From Patescibacteria group bacterium (GTDB lineage Bacteria; Patescibacteriota; Microgenomatia; UBA1400; PJMF01): a stretch of 64,000 bases of DNA. The translations under genes were made by a program, and so were the position numbers. Shown here piece after piece: positions 39,799 to 48,799 of this stretch (positions are counted from its first letter, which is position 1; each line of letters begins with the position of its first letter). The DNA lies in contig JBGTEY010000013.1 in NCBI GenBank assembly GCA_041747555.1, positions 208,814-272,813 on the forward strand. Direction: 5' to 3'. A model generated the notes under the pieces. It searched no databases and had not been told where the DNA came from. It saw only the letters and a list, made by a program, of their open reading frames with translations.

Positions 39799-40848
39799 CT
39801 ACTCAAAAAGTTCTGACACAGGAAAGGTCAGTGTCTCATTCACACCAGCAACATCTGCAAAAAGCATTACTAATCGATCAACACCCACGGCAATTCCACC
39901 CGTTGGGTGAAGTCCTGATTTGAGGGCTGCTATAAAGTTTTTATCAAGTGAATACGGTGTTTTTCCAAGCTCTTGTCGCAGCTGCAAGTCAGCAACCATG
40001 CGTGACTTTTGCTCTTCCCAATCAAGTAGTTCACTAAATGCATTTCCTAACTCAAGCCCACCAATATAAAACTCGAACCGCTCTGCATATCTTGGGTCTG
40101 ATGATTTTTTCTTGGCAAGTGCTGCCTGGGAGATTGGATAGTCAAATAGTATAGTTGGCCCATGGACGCCAAGGTGCGGCTCAATCTCATTGAGAAATAT
40201 TTGGTTATACATAGTCTCCCACGTGTCGGAGTCTGAAATTGAATAACCTTTTTTTCGTGCCGCTGCAAGTATTTTTTCTTCTTCGTGCAAAGCATCCTCG
40301 TTTATTCCAGCATATCGAGAAAATGCCTCGGCTACAGAAATTCTATCCCATGGTGGAGCGAGATCGTAGGCTAAACCTTGATACAGTAATTTTTGTCCAC
40401 TTGATGGATGCACCTGATCCAGAATGGAGAGCAACAATTGTTCACAGTCGTGCATGACGTGTGTGTAATCTGCGTTCGTCCGATACCACTCTAAGATGGT
40501 AAATTCAGGGTTATGCATATCGCTTAAGCCTTCGTCATTTCGAAAGCTTTTTGTAATTTGAAAAATATTTCCAAACCCAGCCGCCAGGAGTTGCTTCATC
40601 TGTAGTTCTGGACTGGTGGTGAGAAAGGCAGATGATTGTATTGAATCGCCACACCTCAATCGTGTCTCAAAAACCTCCAAGTATGGTTCTGTTCCAGGAC
40701 TTTTCACCAAAAGAGGAGTCTCAACTTCTCGAAATGACTGCGATTTAAAAAACGTCCGAATACTATCAATAACTTTCTCTCTAGTATCAAAAATATGCAG
40801 TAACTCTGGATGTTCGCGAATTTTTTGCCAGGTAGGAGTTTTTTGCAT
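39799..40848 (-). CDS. epmA: EF-P--(R)-beta-lysine ligase EpmA (PoxA/GenX; LysRS paralog lacking anticodon-binding domain)
   Basis: FREVETPLLVKSPGTEPYLEVFETRLR..SPELQMKQLLAAGFGNIFQITKSFRNDEG..HNPEFTILEWY matches class II LysRS-like motifs as found in EpmA. Adjacent to and co-directional with efp. Start moved to MQKTPTWQ to avoid overlap with the upstream gene. Confidence 0.75.
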   Translation of the reverse strand: MQKTPTWQKIREHPELLHIFDTREKVIDSIRTFFKSQSFREVETPLLVKSPGTEPYLEVFETRLRCGDSIQSSAFLTTSPELQMKQLLAAGFGNIFQITKSFRNDEGLSDMHNPEFTILEWYRTNADYTHVMHDCEQLLLSILDQVHPSSGQKLLYQGLAYDLAPPWDRISVAEAFSRYAGINEDALHEEEKILAAARKKGYSISDSDTWETMYNQIFLNEIEPHLGVHGPTILFDYPISQAALAKKKSSDPRYAERFEFYIGGLELGNAFSELLDWEEQKSRMVADLQLRQELGKTPYSLDKNFIAALKSGLHPTGGIAVGVDRLVMLFADVAGVNETLTFPVSELFE

Positions 40849-40867
40849 GTTTTGACAATCACTCACC

Positions 40868-41548
40868 TCACCGTGACAGATTTTTATTATATTGTTCTTC
40901 AATCGCTTGCCAATCATTGTCACTAATTAAAATATAGCGAGCCCACCCGTTACGAAAATCTCCAGGATTGATGTATTTATGAGAATCATCAGTACTTCGA
41001 AAGTGAGAATGGCCACATATTAAAAAGTCATGAGTGGTGAGCTCGTTGGCGAGTGCAACAAGCTTTGTATGTAGTCTTTTTCGATATTTTGAATCGAATT
41101 TACGTGCAAGAATGCCCAATTTATTCTCCTTTTCTTTAATTTTATGGAGTTTTTGATAATGTTTTCCGAATTTGCCTGTGAATCGTGGAAATAAATCATC
41201 AATTTCTGGCACTTCTAGATGCCCGTGCATCACCAGCGCTTGGTTTTCGCCGATAGAAAGTGTATGTTTGAAGCCCTGTACGTCAGAAAAAAGTGATGCT
41301 CGCTCATCCACAAACACTGGCTTGTCATGATTTCCATATAAATAGACCGCATTTTTTTCTTTAAGTAAAGGAAATAATTGCTTCCATGGGGATGAAATAA
41401 ACTCGTCAAACGATGTGAGATATGCATCCCAAAAATCTCCGTTAATTATCACCCGATCAACGTCAGAAATAACTGATGCAAGGGCATTAAAATGTGCCTC
41501 ATCAAATTCATGAGAAAGGTGAGTATCAGAAAAAATAAGTGTCTTCAC
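40868..41548 (-). CDS. metallophosphoesterase (calcineurin-like) family protein
   Basis: LIFSDTHL, INGDFWD and YLYGNHD are metallophosphoesterase motifs I-III. 226 aa. Confidence 0.7.
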   Translation of the reverse strand: MKTLIFSDTHLSHEFDEAHFNALASVISDVDRVIINGDFWDAYLTSFDEFISSPWKQLFPLLKEKNAVYLYGNHDKPVFVDERASLFSDVQGFKHTLSIGENQALVMHGHLEVPEIDDLFPRFTGKFGKHYQKLHKIKEKENKLGILARKFDSKYRKRLHTKLVALANELTTHDFLICGHSHFRSTDDSHKYINPGDFRNGWARYILISDNDWQAIEEQYNKNLSR

Positions 41549-41592
41549 AACGACGGATTATACCAGAAGGGCTCAATTAACCTGATGCGTAG

Positions 41593-42273
41593 TTGAAGAT
41601 TAAGCCTAACTTATATACCATACTGTTTGGTATGAACGTTCTAAAAACAATAACCGCCAGATACATGAACAAGAATAAGGACTATGACAAGTCTTATTAT
41701 GTGAACAATCATATCAATAGAATTAATTCAGTGTACGGTTTTATTATCAAAATGTACTATGACTATACTGCCTGGTACGCAATGGCTAGTCCGGCCCAAC
41801 TGAAAAAAGGCGATACTGTTTTGGATATTGGTTGTGGAGTAGGGATTTTGGTCGAACAATTCAAAAATAGAGGGTATCAAGTGACTGGAGTAGACGTCAA
41901 CGAGGAAGCGATAGAAAATTCGATTGCGCCGAGTGACTGCCTTCTGGTTGAATCAACTGCTAATCTTTCATACCCCGATGATTATTTTGACCTTGTAGTA
42001 AGTAGGGAGGTACTTGAGCATATACCTGAAGAAAAAATTGATGCGTGTATTAAGGAATGGCGTCGAGTTTCAAAAGGCAAGATGATTCACATCATCGCGG
42101 TAAAGGAGCGAGGCAAAAGCGCAACTGATGATCCTGCACATATAAACGTTCAAACAGAACAATGGTGGATGAACAAGTTTAGAAGACATGGATTTGATGT
42201 CATAAAACAACCAAAAAAATATTTTTTCTCTCCATTTGGGAGTGAGGGTTATTTCATGTGTATCGAAAAATGA
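41593..42273 (+). CDS. class I SAM-dependent methyltransferase
   Basis: Motif I VLDIGCGVGILVEQF, acidic loop VTGVDVNEEA, motif post-I. 226 aa. Confidence 0.7.
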   Translation: MKIKPNLYTILFGMNVLKTITARYMNKNKDYDKSYYVNNHINRINSVYGFIIKMYYDYTAWYAMASPAQLKKGDTVLDIGCGVGILVEQFKNRGYQVTGVDVNEEAIENSIAPSDCLLVESTANLSYPDDYFDLVVSREVLEHIPEEKIDACIKEWRRVSKGKMIHIIAVKERGKSATDDPAHINVQTEQWWMNKFRRHGFDVIKQPKKYFFSPFGSEGYFMCIEK

Positions 42274-42346
42274 GCGGGAAACGGGATTCGAACCCGCGAC
42301 CTTCTCCTTGGAAGGGAGACGCTCTAGCCAGCTGAGCTATTCCCGC
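42273..42346 (-). tRNA. tRNA-Gly (anticodon TCC)
   Basis: Reverse complement GCGGGAATAGCTCAGCTGGCTAGAGCGTCTCCCTTCCAAGGAGAAGGTCGCGGGTTCGAATCCCGTTTCCCGC. Anticodon loop CTTCCAA. Confidence 0.8.
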
Positions 42347-42490
42347 GATGTCAGGTATTGTACTGCGTTGTCAGGGTGATGTAAACAATGGCACGAAGCA
42401 ACTATGTGATGCTATGAAATCACTATCAAATAACACAGTACAGGATGAAGCGGAGGTGGTATAATCTTGCTATTGTCTCGGCGATTTCAA

Positions 42491-42574
42491 GCCTCGGTGG
42501 CGGAATTGGTATACGCGACAGACTTAAAATCTGTTGGCTTCACAGCCTTGTGGGTTCGAGTCCCACCCGAGGCA
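42491..42574 (+). tRNA. tRNA-Leu (anticodon TAA), long variable arm
   Basis: GCCTCGGTGGCGGAATTGGTATACGCGACAGACTTAAAATCTGTTGGCTTCACAGCCTTGTGGGTTCGAGTCCCACCCGAGGCA. Anticodon loop CTTAAAA. Variable arm about 14 nt. Confidence 0.8.
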
Positions 42575-42645
42575 CACGCATTTGCGGGCATCGTGGAAAT
42601 AGCGTGGAAACAAATTGAACACATTTATACGTCTGGATTTTAATG

Positions 42646-42663
42646 TATAATTTCCACGTGGAA
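42646..42663 (+). promoter_or_regulatory. tRNA-Pro promoter -10 (TGTATAAT) immediately followed by perfect 12-bp palindrome TTCCACGTGGAA (candidate operator at the transcription start)
   Basis: TATAAT preceded by TG (extended -10 like). The palindrome at about 42652-42663 overlaps the predicted +1. Half-sites CGTGGAAA also occur twice at 42592-42618, and TTCACGTGGAA occurs twice in the serS leader. Confidence 0.3.
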
Positions 42664-42671
42664 TGTAATTA

Positions 42672-42745
42672 CGGGGAGTAGCTCAGATGGCTAGAGTGCA
42701 CGCTTTGGGAGCGTGAGGTCGCAGGTTCGAGTCCTGTCTCCCCGA
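42672..42745 (+). tRNA. tRNA-Pro (anticodon TGG)
   Basis: CGGGGAGTAGCTCAGATGGCTAGAGTGCACGCTTTGGGAGCGTGAGGTCGCAGGTTCGAGTCCTGTCTCCCCGA. Anticodon loop TTTGGGA. Confidence 0.8.
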
Positions 42746-42874
42746 CAGTCAAAAACATCTGAATAATGTCTTGCAAACCACACTAAAACTGCCTGCTTGG
42801 ATAAGATCTCAATTAATTTCGAGATGAAAAACAGAAGTCAATTAAGCTACATAGTTCCATTAAGTAACAATAGA

Positions 42875-43051
42875 CTACCCATTGTCTTGAGTTTCTTTAC
42901 GCTTTCTAGCAGCTTCCCTACTCTTTTCTATGTCCGCTTCCATCTGCTCTTGAGTAACATCAAATGGCCATCTGCCAGCCCCAACAACTAATTTAACTTC
43001 TTGTGCTATTCTTGCGTTAGTCTCTTTTTCTGAAGTTTCTTTTTCTGACAT
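42875..43051 (-). CDS. hypothetical small protein (58 aa; below ORF-track cutoff)
   Basis: Reverse-strand ORF MSEKETSEKETNARIAQEVKLVVGAGRWPFDVTQEQMEADIEKSREAARKRKETQDNG in an AT-rich intergenic region. No support beyond being an open frame. Confidence 0.2.
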   Translation of the reverse strand: MSEKETSEKETNARIAQEVKLVVGAGRWPFDVTQEQMEADIEKSREAARKRKETQDNG

Positions 43052-43313
43052 ATATACAATTTCCTTCTTGCAAATACATTACTACTACAGCAATTCTAAT
43101 TCTATCATTACTATCATATAAAACACAAATCTGCTAAAGAATATTTACATAATTATTAAAAACTATTGGTCGCTTGATCTGAAACTGAGATATCATTCAA
43201 TTCCACAGATCCGATAAAATGAGCCATTTACCGCCAGCGTTTGCTACTAAAATGAACAGGCAAGAATCTCAAAGAGTGAAACTAGGAATGTCCGCAACTA
43301 AAACAATATATCT

Positions 43314-43781
43314 TTACCGAGTCAAAAAATCTAATAATATCAGATTGAGCCCTCGAAAAAGATTTGGGTCTTTTTTTGCAAGAATCTTCTCTCGGGTAAA
43401 TTCCAAAGGTATACTTGAGTTAGACGCTCCGGTCTGCTCAGTAACAGAAATCAACTGACCTTGCGAATCAAATAGGATTGTGTATTGCTGCAGAGGCTGT
43501 GCTTGCAACGAACGATCACCATCTGAGCTGATGGGAAGTAGTCGTATTTGCAATTGTAGATCTTGCACTAAGAACTGAGCTTCAGTATGACCTTCTGCGA
43601 GAGGATAGCGAAACTCCTTACTCGTTGCGGCACCAACAGTCTTGAGAAGTTGCTCGAGTTGTTGAACGAGGGCTTCTGCTTTAAAACGCGTTGGTTCGTA
43701 CTCCAAATCCACCGATGGAAACTCTGGTTCCAATGTAGTTAGGGACTTTTCTTTTTCTACGAGTGCGGCACCTGTTGACAT
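43314..43781 (-). CDS. hypothetical protein
   Basis: 155 aa, soluble, no recognisable motif. Confidence 0.3.
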   Translation of the reverse strand: MSTGAALVEKEKSLTTLEPEFPSVDLEYEPTRFKAEALVQQLEQLLKTVGAATSKEFRYPLAEGHTEAQFLVQDLQLQIRLLPISSDGDRSLQAQPLQQYTILFDSQGQLISVTEQTGASNSSIPLEFTREKILAKKDPNLFRGLNLILLDFLTR

Positions 43782-43876
43782 ACATGTATTATATCAAAAA
43801 CCATCAAAATAGGGTTATACGTTTGAGATGACCCAGACTGGAAGCCCATATCTTTGCGTCGTATACTACCTTCTAT

Positions 43877-44689
43877 ATGAAGCTCGCACTAGATACGTTC
43901 AAAATCTACATCCACCGTTGGTATCAGCAACACGGCCGCCACGAGCTTCCCTGGCGCGTCACAAGCGACCCCTACCACATTATGATCTCTGAGTTAATGC
44001 TTCAACAGACTCAAGTTGAGCGTGTTATTCCCAAGTATACTAAGTTTTTATTACATTTTCCTGACACAAAGACACTCGCCAACGCTAGTTTGGCTGAGGT
44101 ACTAGTGCTGTGGCAAGGACTTGGATACAACAGACGAGCAAAGTATCTTCATCAAACTGCCCAAAAGATTGTTTCTACAGACAACAAATTTCCTAATGAT
44201 TTTTCCACGTTAATTTCTCTCCCTGGAATAGGTAATTACACAGCAGCTGCCATCATGAATTTTGCATTCGGTGTGGCAACTCCGCTCATTGAAACCAATG
44301 TTCGAACTGTTTTTTTGTATCATTTTTTTCCGGATCAGAAAGATGTTGACGATGTGCAGCTACTGCCCTTTATTGAGGAATCACTTGATCATGCTCACCC
44401 CAGGGAATGGTTTTGGGCACTAATGGATTATGGTGCTTACCTTAAGAAGGCGGTATCTAATCCCAATCGGCGAAGTAAGCAGTACGCGAAACAATCAACA
44501 TTTTCAGGATCGAAGCGTCAAGTGCGTGGAGCGGTTATACGTTTTTTAAGTACGAATGTAAATGCTAACAGACTTGAGCTAGAGTCTGCAATCGCAGGAG
44601 ACATGAAATTTTTACCCGATGTGTTGCATGATTTGAAAAACGAAAAACTGATTAGAGAGCGCAGTGGCAGGTTTTCCCTGGCAGTGTAG
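43877..44689 (+). CDS. HhH-GPD superfamily DNA glycosylase, MutY/EndoIII-like core without Fe-S cluster cysteines and without NUDIX-like C-terminal domain
   Basis: ELPWRVTSDPYHIMISELMLQQTQVERVIPKY and LPGIGNYTAAAIMNFAFG form the HhH-GPD motif with the catalytic Asp region. There is no C-x6-C-x2-C-x5-C cluster and no cysteines in the C-terminal 90 residues. Confidence 0.65.
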   Translation: MKLALDTFKIYIHRWYQQHGRHELPWRVTSDPYHIMISELMLQQTQVERVIPKYTKFLLHFPDTKTLANASLAEVLVLWQGLGYNRRAKYLHQTAQKIVSTDNKFPNDFSTLISLPGIGNYTAAAIMNFAFGVATPLIETNVRTVFLYHFFPDQKDVDDVQLLPFIEESLDHAHPREWFWALMDYGAYLKKAVSNPNRRSKQYAKQSTFSGSKRQVRGAVIRFLSTNVNANRLELESAIAGDMKFLPDVLHDLKNEKLIRERSGRFSLAV

Positions 44690-44698
44690 AATACACTC

Positions 44699-45655
44699 AT
44701 GACAAGAACGCATTTTTCAGTAGTAGGCCTCGGCGGCACTTTTGACCATTTTCACAAAGGACATGAGGATTTTATTCGATTTGCTGCCAATCTTGGTGAT
44801 TCATTAATCATCGGAGTCACTGATGATCTCTTGCCGCTAGGCAAACCACTCGCCGACCTGCTCCAACCACATTGGGTACGTATTGCTGCAGTGAGAAAGT
44901 TCTGCGATCGAGAAAATATCACTGCAACGTGTGTTATCTTGCATGATGCATTTGGCCCCACCATTGAACCTTCAAGAATTGCAGCGCTTGCGGTTACTAC
45001 AGATACTGCTTCTGGTGCAGATGCCATTAATGTAATTCGAGAAAAGATGAGAATGCCAACGTTGCCCGTATATATTCAGAATCTCACTCTTGATGAAAGC
45101 GGCAAACCAATTACATCTCAACGCATCCGAGCAGGGGAGATTAACAGGTTGGGAACGGTGTACGCTGAAATTTTCACCAGTGATATTACACTATCGAGTC
45201 CACAAAGAGATTTTTTCTCAAAGCCACAAGGAGAAATTGTGGAACAACCATCAATATCGCCAATTACTTGTGTAGTAGGGGATGTTTGTCTATCAACATT
45301 TAGAGAAAACGAGTGGAATTATGACCTTGGAGTTTTTGATCACAAAACACAGCGCGTTGAAAATATAGTTGGCGATCTTGACACAATACAAGCTGACGTA
45401 AAAATTACAAACCATGCTGGAAGCATTTCGGCAGATCTCATTAAGGCACTTCAATCGTGGCACAAAAAACAGTATCAGCACCTTCAAATTGAGGGTGAAG
45501 AGGACTTAGTTACAGTAGCCCTTGCGCTCACACTACCCCTTGAATCGCATATTTATTACGGCCAACCAGATAAGGGAATGATTGAACTCGTAGTCACAGA
45601 AGAGATTAAAGACGCTTTTTATGAAATCCTAATCGATCAAGGAGACACAGAGTAA
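44699..45655 (+). CDS. bifunctional archaeal-type phosphopantetheine adenylyltransferase (cytidylyltransferase-like) fused to DUF359 (archaeal GTP-dependent dephospho-CoA kinase-like) domain
   Basis: N-terminus VVGLGGTFDHFHKGHEDFIRFAANLGDSLIIGVTDD is the (T/H)xGH nucleotidyltransferase motif in the archaeal/eukaryotic PPAT arrangement. C-terminal half ITCVVGDVCLSTF..GVFDHKTQRVEN resembles the DUF359 pattern (GDVV .. D.KT.R). Family assignment is by recalled motifs. Confidence 0.5.
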   Translation: MTRTHFSVVGLGGTFDHFHKGHEDFIRFAANLGDSLIIGVTDDLLPLGKPLADLLQPHWVRIAAVRKFCDRENITATCVILHDAFGPTIEPSRIAALAVTTDTASGADAINVIREKMRMPTLPVYIQNLTLDESGKPITSQRIRAGEINRLGTVYAEIFTSDITLSSPQRDFFSKPQGEIVEQPSISPITCVVGDVCLSTFRENEWNYDLGVFDHKTQRVENIVGDLDTIQADVKITNHAGSISADLIKALQSWHKKQYQHLQIEGEEDLVTVALALTLPLESHIYYGQPDKGMIELVVTEEIKDAFYEILIDQGDTE

Positions 45656-45657
45656 GT

Positions 45658-46845
45658 ATGCCACTCGCATCGCTATTGAGACCAAATACATTTGATGATT
45701 TCATTGGGCAATCGCATTTAGTTGGTAAAAATAAACCTATTTCATTAAGTATAGAAAAAAATCATGTATTCTCGATGATTCTTTGGGGTCCACCAGGGGT
45801 AGGAAAAACAACTCTAGCGCGATTAATTAGCAAAGCGCATGGCAGAGCATACCACGAGCTGTCCGCGGTCTCAGCTTCAAAGCAAGATTTGCGCGATATT
45901 ATCGAAAAAACATCTCAACAAAAACAATTATTAGAAAGCTATGAACCACCAATTGTGTTTCTTGATGAGATACATCGGTTTAATAAAGCGCAACAAGATT
46001 ACCTACTTCCTCATGTTGAGACAGGTGCGATCATTTTGATCGGCGCCACAACAGAGAATCCAAGTTTTGAGGTCATTTCAGCCTTACTTTCAAGAACAAA
46101 AGTCTATGTACTCAAACCACATGGTGATGCTGACATAGCTAAAATAATTACACGCGCACTTTCCACACTAGATCAAAAAAAGATTCCACAAAAAACTATT
46201 GACTGGCTCATCGCCTATGCCAGCGGAGATGCACGCAAGCTTCTCAATCTTTTAGAACACACCCATAATCTCTACAAAACCATTACGATCAAACATCTAA
46301 AACAATCTGCACAAAGCAATCAACTATCATACGATAAACAAGGCGATGCTCATTACGATACGATCAGTGCATTTATCAAATCTATGCGAGCAAGTAATGT
46401 TGATGCATCGCTCTATTATTTAGCTAGAATGGTTGACGCAGGTGAAGACCCAAAATTTATTGCCAGGCGGATGGTAATTTTTGCCAGTGAAGATATCGGT
46501 TTGGCAAATCCAACAGCACTCGTTGTCGCAAATGAAGTGTTTGCTGCGGTTGAGCGAATCGGATACCCAGAGGCACAAATAAATCTAGCTCATGGTGTAG
46601 CACACCTTGCACGTTGTAAAAAAGATCGCCGTGCGTACGATGCTTTTTTTGCGGCACTCAAAGACGTGCAGACGTTTGGCGCATTACCCGTGCCAATGAA
46701 CCTTAGAAATGCACCAACAACGCTCATGAAAAAAGAAGGGTATGGTGCTGGGTATGAAATGTATCCTGACACCAAAGTTTCATTGCTGCCAGATAAATTA
46801 AAAAATAAAAAATATTTACAACGCCAAGATACTGATTCAGATTAG
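45658..46845 (+). CDS. rarA: replication-associated recombination protein A (RarA/MgsA), AAA+ ATPase
   Basis: MILWGPPGVGKTTLARLI Walker A and VFLDEIHRFNKAQQD Walker B / sensor. C-terminal MgsA_C-like region. Confidence 0.85.
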   Translation: MPLASLLRPNTFDDFIGQSHLVGKNKPISLSIEKNHVFSMILWGPPGVGKTTLARLISKAHGRAYHELSAVSASKQDLRDIIEKTSQQKQLLESYEPPIVFLDEIHRFNKAQQDYLLPHVETGAIILIGATTENPSFEVISALLSRTKVYVLKPHGDADIAKIITRALSTLDQKKIPQKTIDWLIAYASGDARKLLNLLEHTHNLYKTITIKHLKQSAQSNQLSYDKQGDAHYDTISAFIKSMRASNVDASLYYLARMVDAGEDPKFIARRMVIFASEDIGLANPTALVVANEVFAAVERIGYPEAQINLAHGVAHLARCKKDRRAYDAFFAALKDVQTFGALPVPMNLRNAPTTLMKKEGYGAGYEMYPDTKVSLLPDKLKNKKYLQRQDTDSD

Positions 46846-46864
46846 CACTGCTCCAACACGCTAG

Positions 46865-48397
46865 GTGTGTGTAAGAGTGTTATTCCATACTAAGGCAGTG
46901 ACACTAGAAGAAGCACTTCTAAACTACTTTGGGTACCGTGAATTTCGAGATGGGCAGCGGGAAATAGTGACTGCACTCATCAAGGGAAGAGATGTGCTCG
47001 CGCTCTTACCAACTGGTGGAGGAAAATCAATATGCTTTCAATTACCCGCACTGTTGCGACCAGGCGTTACCATCGTCATTTCACCCCTCATTTCTCTCAT
47101 GTACGATCAGGTTCAGGCGCTTGTGGGCAAAGGCATTCCTGCCTGCAACATTACGAGCGCCGCTCCCAAGATTGAGCGTGAAAAGCTCATCAAAGAAATT
47201 CTAGAAGGTAAATATAAAATCGTTTATGTCTCACCGGAGCGGTTTGCGTCCACCATATTTCAAACGAGTTTAAAACAGATCGACATCTCTCTGATTGCGG
47301 TTGACGAAGCGCATTGCCTAGTCGAGTGGGGGCACGATTTTCGACCGCCGTATAGGGAGATTGGGAGCATCATTGCTGACTGGGACAGACGACCGCCCAT
47401 TGCTGCATTTACCGCCACGGCCACACCAACTACCGCACTTGAAATTATCAGTTCATTGAGACTGAGAGATCCCTATAAAAACGCTGCCGATTTTGCCAGA
47501 GATAATCTACATATAACGGTGATACGTCCATCCAACACTTTCTTTCATGCTTTGTTATTTTTGCGTCTCTTGGTTCGTCACAATCATCAATCTGGAATCG
47601 TGTATGTGAGCACAAGAAAGGCCGCGCGACAATTTGCAACGCTTATACAAGAATTTGCCTCAATAATTGATCAGTACCCTCGGCCTGTTTTAATCTATCA
47701 TGGCGGGCTGACAGCGCAAGAAAGACAGACTGCTCAAGACGAATTTATTTCCCAACCAAGGGCGGTAATAGTAGCTACAAATGCATTTGGCATGGGCGTT
47801 GACAAACCGAATACAAGATTTGTAATTCATGTTCAGGTTCCAGGCACTATTGAGGCTTATTATCAAGAAATTGGCAGGGCAGGGCGAGACGGTGCGCCAG
47901 CATGGTGCTATTTTTTATATGATTATCGATCGCTGACTATTCAGCGCTCCATGATTTCTCAAAGTAAACAAACTGATATTCGAACAGAAAAGTTTCACAC
48001 ACTCCTTTCATACATTTTTGGTGCAAAATGCAGGATGTCTACGCTAGTTTCATACTTTTCACCTGAAGTAGACTCCAATCAAATTGACTGTGGAAAGTGT
48101 GATAACTGCACTCAAAATACCGCAATGCAATCCCCAATACCTCATCCCCTCTTTCAAATCACATCACCACTAGAGACCAAAACAATTAAGCGTCTCGTGC
48201 GCAAACTCAGAAATTTCAACAATTCATCTGAGCTCTCCTGCACTGACGCCCAGCTTGCTTACCTCGCCCACGCTCGACCAATCGGTATTCAAAACGCGCG
48301 ACAACTACCAGCGATCGGGGATGGCTGGCTCAAAAATTGGTGGCCAATCGTAAAACCCATGCTCCCAGGCACACATATGATACAATTACCCGAATAA
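46865..48397 (+). CDS. recQ: RecQ-family ATP-dependent DNA helicase (short form)
   Basis: FREGQRE, LLPTGGGKSICFQLPAL (motif I), VDEAHCLVEWGHDFRPPY (motif II DEAH), RQC zinc-binding cysteines (CRMS..C..C..C). 510 aa. Confidence 0.85.
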   Translation: MCVRVLFHTKAVTLEEALLNYFGYREFRDGQREIVTALIKGRDVLALLPTGGGKSICFQLPALLRPGVTIVISPLISLMYDQVQALVGKGIPACNITSAAPKIEREKLIKEILEGKYKIVYVSPERFASTIFQTSLKQIDISLIAVDEAHCLVEWGHDFRPPYREIGSIIADWDRRPPIAAFTATATPTTALEIISSLRLRDPYKNAADFARDNLHITVIRPSNTFFHALLFLRLLVRHNHQSGIVYVSTRKAARQFATLIQEFASIIDQYPRPVLIYHGGLTAQERQTAQDEFISQPRAVIVATNAFGMGVDKPNTRFVIHVQVPGTIEAYYQEIGRAGRDGAPAWCYFLYDYRSLTIQRSMISQSKQTDIRTEKFHTLLSYIFGAKCRMSTLVSYFSPEVDSNQIDCGKCDNCTQNTAMQSPIPHPLFQITSPLETKTIKRLVRKLRNFNNSSELSCTDAQLAYLAHARPIGIQNARQLPAIGDGWLKNWWPIVKPMLPGTHMIQLPE

Positions 48398-48439
48398 GTG
48401 TTGATCGATACGACTATTTTAAAACAGCAAGGAAACAAC

Positions 48440-48784
48440 ATGACAATACAACATTTAGTAGAGGAATACGCAAAAATTGGCGCATTCTTAAACGAAAAAT
48501 GGCCACTAAAAAACCACGATCAACGCGTCTTTGCCCGAACCATGAAAGTTGTGGAAGAACTTGGTGAGCTCGCGGATGAACTCCTCACCAGCATGAATCT
48601 TCAAAGAAGTCATAAAATTGCTCAATTCAGTAGAGAAAATGTTGAAGATGAGTTTGCAGATGTACTCGCATCACTGATACTACTCGCAAATGAACTCGGA
48701 ATTGATGTTGAAGCAGTGATGCAGAAAAAAATTGAATTTACTCGTGACAGATTTGAGATGGAAGAGGAGACTTCGAATAAGTAA
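48440..48784 (+). CDS. MazG-like nucleotide pyrophosphohydrolase (all-alpha NTP-PPase)
   Basis: EELGELADEL and EDEFADVLASLILLANELGID match the MazG-type EEXXE/D metal-binding helices. Start taken at MTIQHL. Confidence 0.6.
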   Translation: MTIQHLVEEYAKIGAFLNEKWPLKNHDQRVFARTMKVVEELGELADELLTSMNLQRSHKIAQFSRENVEDEFADVLASLILLANELGIDVEAVMQKKIEFTRDRFEMEEETSNK

Positions 48785-48799
48785 CGCAGCAAAAATGCA

